Virus record (IMG/VR): IMGVR_UViG_3300028025_002039
Location: 1-61,230 of that record
Direction: 5' to 3' (one strand)
Source of the DNA: a virus
Taxonomy: Duplodnaviria > Caudoviricetes
DNA: 61,230 nucleotides
Shown here: piece by piece, positions 47,392 through 56,107 of the stretch
Layout: each line of letters begins with the position of its first letter
Numbering within the stretch: the first letter of the stretch is position 1
The notes under the pieces: generated by a model
Told to the model about the DNA's origin: nothing
The model's input: the letters and a program-made list of their open reading frames with translations, nothing else
Databases searched by the model: none
Position numbers and translations under genes: made by a program

Positions 47392-48510
47392 ATGGAACAA
47401 TTCTTTTTTAAATCAGAATATGGGGCAAACCCATCGTCAACACCAAACCCAACCTATCCCAATTCTGGGGTAAAGACACCAACCTCAATGCGTGGTGGAA
47501 AGAAAGTCAAACTTCGTAAACCAAAACTACAGGGTGGCAATGGAGCCAATGCGTCTGGTGCTGTCTCTAGTGGTGGCACATCTATTAGTGCTATGTATAA
47601 GGCTGACACAATTGTTGAAGGTGACTATGTAATGGGCAATACCAAAGAGGGTATGGTTCATGGTCGTGTTGAACACATCATGGTAGAGGGAGGAATCCTT
47701 GGAACTCCTGGAACAGAATATGCTTTGGAATCTATGCCACCAGAAAACCCAGCAATGTCTGTTAGAGTTTATGAAGAAGAAGATGAAGGTGTATGGGAAG
47801 AGACAGCATACAGCATTGGTATGATGTACATGGATGCAATGAAACTTGATACCCTAGATGGTCACACTATGGAAGAAGACGAAGAGTACGAAGAAGAGTA
47901 CGAGATGGATAAGGCTGAGGGATATTCTCCAACTGCTGGAATGAAGGCTGCCGCCGCTCGTGCTATCCGTTGGAGAGAAGAGGGTAAGGCTACAGGTGCA
48001 GGAACTCCAGTTGGCTGGGGTAGAGCAAGAGACATCGTTGCAGGACGCTCAATGTCACTAAGCGTTGTCAAGCGTATGTATTCATTCTTCTCTCGCCACG
48101 AGGTAGACAAGAAGGGCAAAGACTTTAACAACACATCCAATCCTTCCAACGGAAGAATCATGTGGGACGCTTGGGGCGGTGACGCTGGATTCAGTTGGTC
48201 TCGTGCCATTGCAACTAGAGAAGCAGACAAGGCTTTGTTTATTGATTTTGGTAAAGATTACTCAGGACAGGGACAAGAAGTTTCTAAGGCTGTAGGCGTT
48301 GGCAGCATGGTATCCTGGAATTCTTCTGGGGGTACAGCAACAGGAAAGATTGTTAGAATTATTCGTAATGGCAAATACAATGTTCCAAACTCAGATTTCA
48401 CAGTAACAGGTACACTAGAAGCACCTGCCGCAGTCATTAGAGTATATCGTGATGGCAAGCCAACAGACACACTTGTTGGACACAAACTCGGAACACTTAG
48501 AAGCAAATAG
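47392..48510 (+). CDS. Multidomain protein, putative protease-processed internal head protein
   Basis: Late-type promoter; modules separated by K-A motifs; last module resembles DUF2945/HVA1 SH3-like domains. Confidence 0.5.
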   Translation: MEQFFFKSEYGANPSSTPNPTYPNSGVKTPTSMRGGKKVKLRKPKLQGGNGANASGAVSSGGTSISAMYKADTIVEGDYVMGNTKEGMVHGRVEHIMVEGGILGTPGTEYALESMPPENPAMSVRVYEEEDEGVWEETAYSIGMMYMDAMKLDTLDGHTMEEDEEYEEEYEMDKAEGYSPTAGMKAAAARAIRWREEGKATGAGTPVGWGRARDIVAGRSMSLSVVKRMYSFFSRHEVDKKGKDFNNTSNPSNGRIMWDAWGGDAGFSWSRAIATREADKALFIDFGKDYSGQGQEVSKAVGVGSMVSWNSSGGTATGKIVRIIRNGKYNVPNSDFTVTGTLEAPAAVIRVYRDGKPTDTLVGHKLGTLRSK

Positions 48511-48548
48511 GTATTGACAAGACTAACATCTTGCTGTAAAATATATCC

Positions 48549-48875
48549 ATGATTATTAAAGTTGGCTCTCAGGAGTATAGAGTAGAAGAACGTAGCAGTA
48601 AAGACGACGGCATGATAAACGACGGCAACCATGGGTACACTGTTGAGGCTGGTAATCTTATTGTTATAAACAAGGACGTTACAAAGGACAAGAAACAGGT
48701 AACACTGTTACACGAAATCCTACATGCTATTCGTTTTGTTAATGATGGTATGCCAAAGCCAAAAGCCAAAGATGAATTTGAAGACTGGGAACACTACTTC
48801 ATTGCACTTTATGAAGACAACCTGTTGGCGGTACTAAAGAACAACCCAGAACTAAAAGACTGGCTTACCAAATGA
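48549..48875 (+). CDS. HExxH metallopeptidase-like protein
   Basis: TLLHEILHAI. Confidence 0.65.
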   Translation: MIIKVGSQEYRVEERSSKDDGMINDGNHGYTVEAGNLIVINKDVTKDKKQVTLLHEILHAIRFVNDGMPKPKAKDEFEDWEHYFIALYEDNLLAVLKNNPELKDWLTK

Positions 48876-49015
48876 TTAGCCGAATAGTCTTGCCGCTATT
48901 GACAATACTTGCTGTTGTTGGTATAATTATATCTATAACAACACAAGTCCCCACTAATTGTTGGGAGAAATATCAAACTGAGAGAGATGCAATTATGCAT
49001 TGTGAGGAGCACTAA
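48872..49015 (+). CDS. Small membrane protein (47 aa, not in ORF track)
   Basis: MISRIVLPLLTILAVVGIIISIT...; coupled on both sides. Confidence 0.5.
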   Translation: MISRIVLPLLTILAVVGIIISITTQVPTNCWEKYQTERDAIMHCEEH

Positions 49016-49227
49016 TGGAACACGAAGAACATCTACACGAGGGCGAGACCCTGCTAGAAACAATCATGGAAGTAACATTCGGTCTAGAGCATATGGTATC
49101 AGAATTTTTCTGGAACGCTGTATTTCTAATCGTTGGCTATGCAGTATCTAAGGCAATCGCACTACGCAAGATTCACAAGTACATTGACGACAAGCACGGT
49201 GTAGAACACCAGAAAGACGAGTACTAA
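49015..49227 (+). CDS. His-rich small membrane protein
   Basis: One TM helix flanked by His/Glu-rich ends. Confidence 0.55.
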   Translation: MEHEEHLHEGETLLETIMEVTFGLEHMVSEFFWNAVFLIVGYAVSKAIALRKIHKYIDDKHGVEHQKDEY

Positions 49228-49228
49228 A

Positions 49229-49516
49229 ATGGAACTAAGTAAAGAATTTACCCAATCAGTATCAAAGGTCTTTAAGGAAGCGGAGACGCTTCTGGTAAGC
49301 AAGCACAAGGACTACGGACCGAAGAATATCTCTGGCAGTCCAGGCGGTCCACTAAACGGTTTGCGTGTGCGTATGCACGATAAGTTGGCTCGTATTAATC
49401 ACCTTGTTGATTCAGGTGTTGACCCAGAGCACGAGAGCCTTCGTGATTCATTCATTGACATGGCAAACTACGCACTAATTGCACTACTAGTAATTGACGA
49501 GAACTGGGAGAAGTAA
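49229..49516 (+). CDS. DUF1599/nucleotide-modification-associated all-alpha protein
   Basis: KHKDYG...RMHDKLARI...ESLRDSFIDMANY. Confidence 0.75.
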   Translation: MELSKEFTQSVSKVFKEAETLLVSKHKDYGPKNISGSPGGPLNGLRVRMHDKLARINHLVDSGVDPEHESLRDSFIDMANYALIALLVIDENWEK

Positions 49517-49830
49517 TGATTAAAGCACCAGAAGACATTATCATTATCAAGATGGAGAAGAAGAGTTCAGAGCCTGAGCAGAATGCCAGCGGTCTCTTGA
49601 TTATCCGCAACGAAGTAGATGAACCAAAGAACATCGGTGTTGCCTTTGCTGTAGGCGAGGGTAGACAACTAAAGAGCGGTGTTCGTGTACCAATGGACGT
49701 TAAGGTTGGAGACAAGATTATGTTTAATCCAAACAACGTTGTCAAGTTTAAGCATGAGGGTGAAGACTACATCTCACTATTTAGTGCAAGCGTATTGGCT
49801 ATCCTAGGAGATGAAGATGGAGAAGATTAG
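49516..49830 (+). CDS. groES: GroES-like co-chaperonin
   Basis: SGLLI; GVAFAVGEG; DVKVGDKI; VLAIL. Confidence 0.85.
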   Translation: MIKAPEDIIIIKMEKKSSEPEQNASGLLIIRNEVDEPKNIGVAFAVGEGRQLKSGVRVPMDVKVGDKIMFNPNNVVKFKHEGEDYISLFSASVLAILGDEDGED

Positions 49831-50506
49831 TCTACTTGATGAAGGCTATGTCCGTCTAGTCGATACTATGGGTGACGACTTGTCTATCGTAAACGCTGCT
49901 CGTGTATCCTATGACAAAGAGTCGCACCTGTTTGAAGAACGTGATGCTAGACTACTTAGATTCTTATTGGGTGAGGGACACACATCACCATTTCGTCATG
50001 CTGCATTGACATTTGAAATCTACGCACCGCTATTCGTAGCACGTCAGTGGTGGAAGCACACAGTCGCATCCACACACGTTGACGAGCAGAATGGATGGAA
50101 CGAGTCGTCTCGCCGTTACATTACAGAAGACGAAGCATTCTATGTACCAGAGCCCGATGCCTGGAGGAGCAAGCCTGAGAATTCTAAGCAGGGTAGCGGA
50201 GAGCCAGTAGCAGAATCACTAGGCATGGCATACACTAATAAGTTAATTAAGATGATTGCAGATGGCACACAGGCATACCACGATGCTATGGACGATGGTG
50301 TTGCACCAGAGTTGGCTCGTCTATTCCTACCTGCCTATGGTATGTATGTACGCTGGCGTTGGACAACATCTCTGCAAAGCGTTATTACATTCCTGGAACA
50401 GCGTTTGGCATACGATGCACAGTTTGAGATTCAGAGTTACGCTGAGGCTGTAAGCAAGTTGGCACACGATGCATTCCCAGAAACATTTAGGGCGTTGAAA
50501 GACTAG
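49817..50506 (+). CDS. thyX: Flavin-dependent thymidylate synthase
   Basis: AARVSY; HTSPF; RQWWKH; NESSRRY; AQFEIQ. Confidence 0.92.
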   Translation: MEKISLLDEGYVRLVDTMGDDLSIVNAARVSYDKESHLFEERDARLLRFLLGEGHTSPFRHAALTFEIYAPLFVARQWWKHTVASTHVDEQNGWNESSRRYITEDEAFYVPEPDAWRSKPENSKQGSGEPVAESLGMAYTNKLIKMIADGTQAYHDAMDDGVAPELARLFLPAYGMYVRWRWTTSLQSVITFLEQRLAYDAQFEIQSYAEAVSKLAHDAFPETFRALKD

Positions 50507-50928
50507 TGGGGCTAAAGGTTTACACAGGAGGAACGTTCGACCTGTTCCACTCAGGACATGTAGCATTGCTGAAGCGTTGCTCAGAGATAGGGTCTGTCAC
50601 TGTTGCTTTAAACACAGATGAATTTATTACTAAGTACAAGGGCAAGGCTCCTGTCGTAAGTTATTCGGAGCGTGAGGCTGTTCTGTTGGCTTGTCGCTAT
50701 GTGGATGCCGTTGTGCCAAATACTGGTGGAACGGATTCGACTATTGCGATTGAGGCTGTGGGACCAGACATAATTGTGATTGGTTCTGACTGGGCTAGAC
50801 GTGACTACTATGCACAGATGAACTTTGACCAGGACTGGCTGGACGAGCGAGGTATTGGTCTGGCATACATTCCATACACCAAAGGCATTAGCACAACTGA
50901 CCTAAAGAAGAGGATTAAAGATGTCTAG
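50506..50928 (+). CDS. TagD-like cytidylyltransferase
   Basis: GTFDLFHSGH; ER..VL.ACRYVD; GSDW; GISTT. Confidence 0.9.
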   Translation: MGLKVYTGGTFDLFHSGHVALLKRCSEIGSVTVALNTDEFITKYKGKAPVVSYSEREAVLLACRYVDAVVPNTGGTDSTIAIEAVGPDIIVIGSDWARRDYYAQMNFDQDWLDERGIGLAYIPYTKGISTTDLKKRIKDV

Positions 50929-51571
50929 GGTATTACTGATTGTTCCAACTAAGGGCAGACCAGATAAGCACCTGGAGTTCTATGAGTCATTTAAAGATAA
51001 CTCAACAGACACTGACCTTATATTTGTACTAAGTTTGGGAGACATTCAGTATCCTAGAATTCCTGGGGTAAAGTATGAAACCGTAGACAGTCCTACAATG
51101 AGTGGTAAGTTAAACACTACTGCAGTAAAGTATGCTAATGATTATGATTACATTGCATTCATGGGGGACGATGTTCGTATTAGAACAGAAGCCTGGGATG
51201 CTAAGATGCTACAGGAGATATCGTCTATTCCAAATGTTATTGCATATGGTAACGACTTGTATCAGGGTGAGGCATTGCCTACCGCAGTTCTGATGAATAC
51301 AAACATCATCAAGACCCTAGGCTTTATGTCTCCCCCAGAGTTCAAGCATCTTTATATAGATAACTATTGGAAGTCCCTAGGAACAAAGTTGTCAAGTTTG
51401 AAATATTTTTCAGAAATCATTTTGGAGCATTTGCACTTTACAATTGGTAAAGCGGTAGAGGACAGCACATACAGGGAGTCAAGTTCTAACGAAGCATTCT
51501 TTCACGATAGACAGGCTTACCAGGACTACATTGCTAATAAACTAGATAGTGATGTTGCAAAACTAACATAG
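50921..51571 (+). CDS. GT-A (GT2-like) glycosyltransferase
   Basis: IVPTKGRP; FMGDD; HLYIDN; EHLH. Confidence 0.8.
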   Translation: MSRVLLIVPTKGRPDKHLEFYESFKDNSTDTDLIFVLSLGDIQYPRIPGVKYETVDSPTMSGKLNTTAVKYANDYDYIAFMGDDVRIRTEAWDAKMLQEISSIPNVIAYGNDLYQGEALPTAVLMNTNIIKTLGFMSPPEFKHLYIDNYWKSLGTKLSSLKYFSEIILEHLHFTIGKAVEDSTYRESSSNEAFFHDRQAYQDYIANKLDSDVAKLT

Positions 51572-51576
51572 CACCA

Positions 51577-51649
51577 CCCCTCGTAACTCAGTGGATAGAG
51601 TAGGAGCCTTCTAATCTCTTAGTCGCTGGTTCGATTCCAGCCGAGGGGA
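51577..51649 (+). tRNA. tRNA-Arg(TCT)
   Basis: Acceptor CCCCTCG/CGAGGGG; anticodon loop CT-TCT-AA; GTTCGATTC. Confidence 0.9.
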
Positions 51650-51670
51650 CAGATAAGGTATAATAAGAAT

Positions 51671-52354
51671 ATGAAAATAGGACTCATAATCCCATGGAGA
51701 GAAACTCCAACCAGACTAAGACCATTGCAAGCAGTTCTTGAATGGTATGAAACTAACTTACCAGACATTGAGATATTCTATGCAGATAAGCCAGGTGAGA
51801 AATGGTCTGCTTCAGGTAGCCGTAATTTAGGGGTCAGGAAGGCACAGGAGGCTGGCTGTGACATCGTAATTTTGAATGATGCAGATACCCTACCAGAGTT
51901 GCCTTCGCTCCTAGAAGCGATAGATGCTGCCTATTCTGATGGCATGATACACAACCCATACAGAATCTGCAAATACTTTGACATGAGAATGAGTGAACTC
52001 TTTTATGCTGGTATGAATAGAGATATTCTAAAGCATACATTATACACAGAAGCCAATGGTGGTGTCTGGGTATGCACACCACAGGCTTGGTGGGACTTGG
52101 GCGGTATGGATGAAAAGTTTATGCAATGGGGAGCAGAAGATTCAGCATTTGAATTAGCACACAAAGTCATTAAGGGTAGTAATTTTATTAAGCATGATGG
52201 AACTATCTATTGCCTGGGGCATGAGACACAGATACACGACCCTGGATTTAATCACAGCCAGATGAAGAACATTGAACTTTACTGGTTATACTATTCTGCA
52301 TCTACACCAGAAAGAATGCTGGCTCTAGTAAAACAAAAGACCAATCACGATTAG
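51671..52354 (+). CDS. GT-A glycosyltransferase (GT2/GT7-like)
   Basis: IIPWR; SRNLG; NDAD; GGMDEKFMQWGAED. Confidence 0.85.
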   Translation: MKIGLIIPWRETPTRLRPLQAVLEWYETNLPDIEIFYADKPGEKWSASGSRNLGVRKAQEAGCDIVILNDADTLPELPSLLEAIDAAYSDGMIHNPYRICKYFDMRMSELFYAGMNRDILKHTLYTEANGGVWVCTPQAWWDLGGMDEKFMQWGAEDSAFELAHKVIKGSNFIKHDGTIYCLGHETQIHDPGFNHSQMKNIELYWLYYSASTPERMLALVKQKTNHD

Positions 52355-52563
52355 ATTTCGGATAGTCTTTCATAAGCCCAGCCAAGAACGGCTGCAGCAG
52401 TTGTGTCATTCTCTTGTTCTTTTTCCAGGATTAGTTCTCTGAGTCTTTCAAAGAATTCAAAGCGTTCTTCTTCGCCACCAAGTGAATATAACTCAGCATG
52501 AATGTCGTCAATCTTGTGGTAGAGTTCATCTACTCTGCCTTCGATATCCTGTATGTTATCCAT
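52351..52563 (-). CDS. Small acidic helical protein
   Basis: TATAAT 5 nt before the ATG. Confidence 0.55.
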   Translation of the reverse strand: MDNIQDIEGRVDELYHKIDDIHAELYSLGGEEERFEFFERLRELILEKEQENDTTAAAVLGWAYERLSEI

Positions 52564-52582
52564 ACTTAATTATAACGGCTGT

Positions 52583-52969
52583 TTAGTATCCGCTGTTAGA
52601 TTCGAACGTAGCCCAGAACTTGTCCATGTCTGGAACATCGTTAGGATGAATAGCCTTAATGCCTTCGGCTTCGTAAGCCTTTCTAGCACCAGCGTTGTCG
52701 TCAATAGCCAGGGTAGCGTCGTTCAACTTATTAGCACACTCAGCCTTCCACTTGTTGGTAAGCCTATAGTCATAAGGGTTAAGAAGAAGACTGCTGTATC
52801 TTAATCCAGCATCCCTGAGAGCCTTCTCTGTCTCTGCCCTCATGCTTCTTGGTCTTCCGCTAATCACAATTACCTTAGTGTTTAGTGAGTTGATGTACTT
52901 AATAGTTTTTTTAATGGGGGTAGAACTCAAGTGTTCTAGTACCGTGTCGTCAATGTCTGTAATAATCAT
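52583..52969 (-). CDS. HAD-family phosphatase (T4 PNK phosphatase-like)
   Basis: TDIDDT; ISGR; K; AIDD. Confidence 0.85.
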   Translation of the reverse strand: MIITDIDDTVLEHLSSTPIKKTIKYINSLNTKVIVISGRPRSMRAETEKALRDAGLRYSSLLLNPYDYRLTNKWKAECANKLNDATLAIDDNAGARKAYEAEGIKAIHPNDVPDMDKFWATFESNSGY

Positions 52970-53026
52970 ATACCAATTATACCAGAACCCATGGACAATG
53001 TAAAGTATCTAGTGTATAATAGTAGT

Positions 53027-53254
53027 ATGAATTGTCCTTTATGTAATGAAGCCCTTGTAGAAGTGGTTTACGGCTTCCCCACTATGGAAATGATTGACCT
53101 AGCGAAGAACGATAAGATTGTTCTGGGTGGATGTCCAAAGCCAAACGTCTTTAGACCTACTCACTTTTGCTATCCGTGTCTTGAACAGTATCCTCAGAAT
53201 GAACCTGAGTACGACAAGGACACTCACACACCCATGTTTTCTCATAATAATTAA
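53027..53254 (+). CDS. Small zinc-binding protein
   Basis: CPLC...VVYGFP...LGGC...CYPC; ATG 6 nt after TATAAT. Confidence 0.65.
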   Translation: MNCPLCNEALVEVVYGFPTMEMIDLAKNDKIVLGGCPKPNVFRPTHFCYPCLEQYPQNEPEYDKDTHTPMFSHNN

Positions 53255-53589
53255 TAACTGGTTTACAGTTATGGTGATGCCCTGTCATACAGAAGCCACA
53301 CTTACGCAAGATTAATCCTCGTCGTTGTAGTCTAGACCATCATAGGTTTTGTCATGCTTATCGACAGCCCACGATACCAGCATTAGAAAGCCCATGCCAA
53401 CGACAACCATTGCTACGTTAAAAATTGTTTCCCACATACTATTCCATTTCCTTTTCAATCAAACCGATTACCCAATCGGAGCATACAGAGTCTTGTTCCT
53501 GTAGCATCTTAATAACTTCTTTAAGCGTGTCCTCTTTAATACTTTCACAGCAGACACAATCTGGTCCTTCGTAATAAGGTTGTTTAAAG

Positions 53590-53766
53590 TCACGCATTGT
53601 TCATTCCACGATTCATGCCAGCAATGTATCCAGCCTGGAATGCAACCACTTCGTTCTTTGTCGGGGCAGACGAGAGACTAAGAATCCAAGTCTCAGTATC
53701 CTTAACAGCCTTCTTTTTAATTGTATTAATAATACGCTCGTTATCTCTACGAGTCTTTCTATCCAT
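53590..53766 (-). CDS. Hypothetical protein (58 aa)
   Basis: MDRKTRRDNERII...AFQAGYIAG; part of a tightly packed minus-strand run. Confidence 0.45.
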   Translation of the reverse strand: MDRKTRRDNERIINTIKKKAVKDTETWILSLSSAPTKNEVVAFQAGYIAGMNRGMNNA

Positions 53767-53880
53767 TTAACTAACCTTTACTAGTCTACGCTTCGCAGGG
53801 TCAAAAACCTTTGGAGACTTCTTGGAAGCCTTGCCGTTCTGACGGTTGCTGTTGCGTGTCGATGCCTTTTTAGCAGCCAT
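53767..53880 (-). CDS. Small basic peptide (37 aa)
   Basis: MAAKKASTRNSNRQNGKASKKSPKVFDPAKRRLVKVS; AGGA RBS. Confidence 0.45.
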   Translation of the reverse strand: MAAKKASTRNSNRQNGKASKKSPKVFDPAKRRLVKVS

Positions 53881-53883
53881 TTA

Positions 53884-54075
53884 TTATACCAAACTTTCCT
53901 GTGTATTGTCAAACGGTACGACCTCGTATCCGAACATTGCTTCTACATACTTCTTCCTTAGCACATCTGGAATAATATTAACAATGTCCTGACCCAGAAC
54001 TTCGACCTCTTCGCCATCAACTTTGACGACGTAGGTTCTTTCTGGGTAGATAGCGTAACGATATTTGTCTAACAT
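53884..54075 (-). CDS. Hypothetical protein
   Basis: TGCTATAAT 6 nt before ATG 54075. Confidence 0.55.
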   Translation of the reverse strand: MLDKYRYAIYPERTYVVKVDGEEVEVLGQDIVNIIPDVLRKKYVEAMFGYEVVPFDNTQESLV

Positions 54076-54418
54076 ATTTCTATTATAGCACTTGACACGG
54101 ACTTCCGTATGCCTTATAATGGAGTAAGGAATATAAACAGAAGGAGTTCCTGTGGGAAGACTAGCAGATTTAGACGGACAAGGGGTCACGGACCTCACCT
54201 CATACCTTATTGGTATTATGAATGAGCGAGACAGATTCTTGGCAATCCTGGATGCAGAGCAGAAGCGTAGTAATCTTGGGTTTGTTCAGTATGATGTTCT
54301 CCGCAAATTGATTGAAAGTTCGGACGGAAAAAGTTCGGCGGTATAGAGTACCAACGCTTGACAAGCAAGCGACTATACTGTATACTATTATATAGGTCCA
54401 TTAAACGAGAGAGAACGA

Positions 54419-54922
54419 ATGCAAACCTTTTTACCTTACAAAGACTTTACCGAGACTGCTAAAGTCCTAGACAGCAAGCGACTTAATAAGCAAGTGCTTG
54501 AGTGCTACCAGATTCTTAATGTACTATCTAACCCAGACCCACGAGCAGGATGGCGTAACCATCCAGCCGTGAAGATGTGGCGTGGTAGTGAGAAGGTTCT
54601 GTGGGGCTATGCTATGGCTATGTTGTTTGAAGCGTCTAGTCGTGGTATTAAGACTGATACGAATGAGAAGAATCTTCGTACTGCATGGCGTGAGAATGCT
54701 GACAATTGGGGTGGTAGTGAACCAGCCTGGTATAACGATGCTATTAAGATGGCTAAGGTTAATGCTACACACAAGGCTAACCTATATAAGAAAGACCCTA
54801 TCCAATACTTCCAGTTCTTTAGTGCATTGTCTGATAGTGACAACCAACCTTGTTGCCCAGACCGCAAAGAACCTTGCAAGTATTACTGGGTAACACACGA
54901 GGAGAATTATGAAACTGCCTAA
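54419..54922 (+). CDS. Pyrimidine-dimer DNA glycosylase-like protein (DenV/MSMEG_6728-type)
   Basis: MQTFLPY...LDSKRLNKQVLECYQI...HPAVKMWRG...HKANL..KD. Confidence 0.85.
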   Translation: MQTFLPYKDFTETAKVLDSKRLNKQVLECYQILNVLSNPDPRAGWRNHPAVKMWRGSEKVLWGYAMAMLFEASSRGIKTDTNEKNLRTAWRENADNWGGSEPAWYNDAIKMAKVNATHKANLYKKDPIQYFQFFSALSDSDNQPCCPDRKEPCKYYWVTHEENYETA

Positions 54923-55148
54923 GATATTTAAATGGCGATTACGTTTGGTACAACAGGGTTACGACCTTGGCTGGGAGCATGGCTTCGAAGCAGGTATGGA
55001 CGAGCAACACAAACAAATCATTGATAAAGTTAATAAGTATATACACGATGTAGATTGGTTGAAAGAAGACCCATATACTCGTAAAGAAATTATAGAAGCA
55101 ATTAGAAACCATGAGCCAGAGAAAGAGGTAGTCGGATGGGATTCGTAG
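54909..55148 (+). CDS. Hypothetical protein
   Basis: Coupled ORF; GYDLGWEHGFEAG. Confidence 0.5.
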   Translation: MKLPKIFKWRLRLVQQGYDLGWEHGFEAGMDEQHKQIIDKVNKYIHDVDWLKEDPYTRKEIIEAIRNHEPEKEVVGWDS

Positions 55149-55315
55149 AGAAAGCAAAACTCAATGTCGTAAAGAGACATTGGATACAGATTGGTGAAGA
55201 GCGTGAGAGAGAGCGTATCATTCACCTGCTAGAAGAGATGTATAACGACAAGAGCGGTATTAATCTAAAGGGTGCGTTAGCACTACTGAGAGGCAAGTAT
55301 GGTAATCTTAAGTAA
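55136..55315 (+). CDS. Hypothetical protein (59 aa, not in ORF track)
   Basis: MGFVEKAKL...EERERERIIHLLE; overlaps both neighbours. Confidence 0.5.
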   Translation: MGFVEKAKLNVVKRHWIQIGEERERERIIHLLEEMYNDKSGINLKGALALLRGKYGNLK

Positions 55316-55889
55316 AATCTATACAAAGACTGGCGACAAAGGAACTACAGCCCTTGGAGATAATTCCAGGGTATCTAAGACTGACCCACTAATTGAAGCA
55401 TATTCTACAGTAGATGAAGCAAACGCTGCTATTGGTATGATACTTGCTTTCGGCACTTATGGGAACAGTGGGCACATTGTTTTGACTAGACTACAGAATG
55501 AATTGTTTGATGTAGGTGCAGACCTATGCACACCATACACCGAAGGTGATGGCAAACTGAGAGTAACAGATAAGATGGTTACCAATCTTGAGTTAGATAT
55601 AGACTTATACAATGCAACTCTGGAACCTTTAAGGTCGTTCGTAATGCCTGGAGGCAATCAAACGTCAGCCCTGTTCCACGTTGCTAGAACAATTGTTCGA
55701 CGTGCAGAACGCAGGGTATGGAATGTAACTGGAAGAGAAGTAAATCCTCTAGTAGCACAATACCTAAACAGGCTATCAGACCTGATGTTCGTAATGGCTA
55801 GATTCTACAATGAGAACGAAGTGCTATGGAATCCAGGTGGAGAAAAACATCCTCCTAAGCGTTTCAGAGACATAGGTAATGCTGAATGA
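55299..55889 (+). CDS. pduO: PduO-type ATP:cob(I)alamin adenosyltransferase
   Basis: KIYTKTGDKGTT; TVDEANAAIG; QNELFDVGADL; FVMPGG; ARTIVRRAER; YLNRLSD. Confidence 0.93.
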   Translation: MVILSKIYTKTGDKGTTALGDNSRVSKTDPLIEAYSTVDEANAAIGMILAFGTYGNSGHIVLTRLQNELFDVGADLCTPYTEGDGKLRVTDKMVTNLELDIDLYNATLEPLRSFVMPGGNQTSALFHVARTIVRRAERRVWNVTGREVNPLVAQYLNRLSDLMFVMARFYNENEVLWNPGGEKHPPKRFRDIGNAE

Positions 55890-56107
55890 TTAACTTTGAG
55901 AACAACATGCTGGTACTAAACAATGTGTTCAGCAAAGAGGATGTAAATCAAATCAATGCGTATACAGACTATGTTCGTAATGAAGAGCGTGAACGTCTTA
56001 TCAAGGTGCTATTTGAGTATGGCACTATGAACTACATATCAGAGCAAGTCTATGCTGACTTGGTAGAAGTTATAAAAAATTCGGGGCATACAAAAGATGC
56101 TTCGTAA
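55886..56107 (+). CDS. Hypothetical protein
   Basis: Coupled ORF. Confidence 0.5.
   Translation: MINFENNMLVLNNVFSKEDVNQINAYTDYVRNEERERLIKVLFEYGTMNYISEQVYADLVEVIKNSGHTKDAS

Noticed and set aside
663-48632. Many minus-strand ORFs of 60-250 aa in the ORF track
   Set aside because: They are antisense shadows of well-supported + strand genes, with no RBS/promoter or recognisable motifs
53767-53880. Small basic peptide as a phage ribosomal protein
   Set aside because: Similar in composition only; no match to any ribosomal protein motif I can recognise
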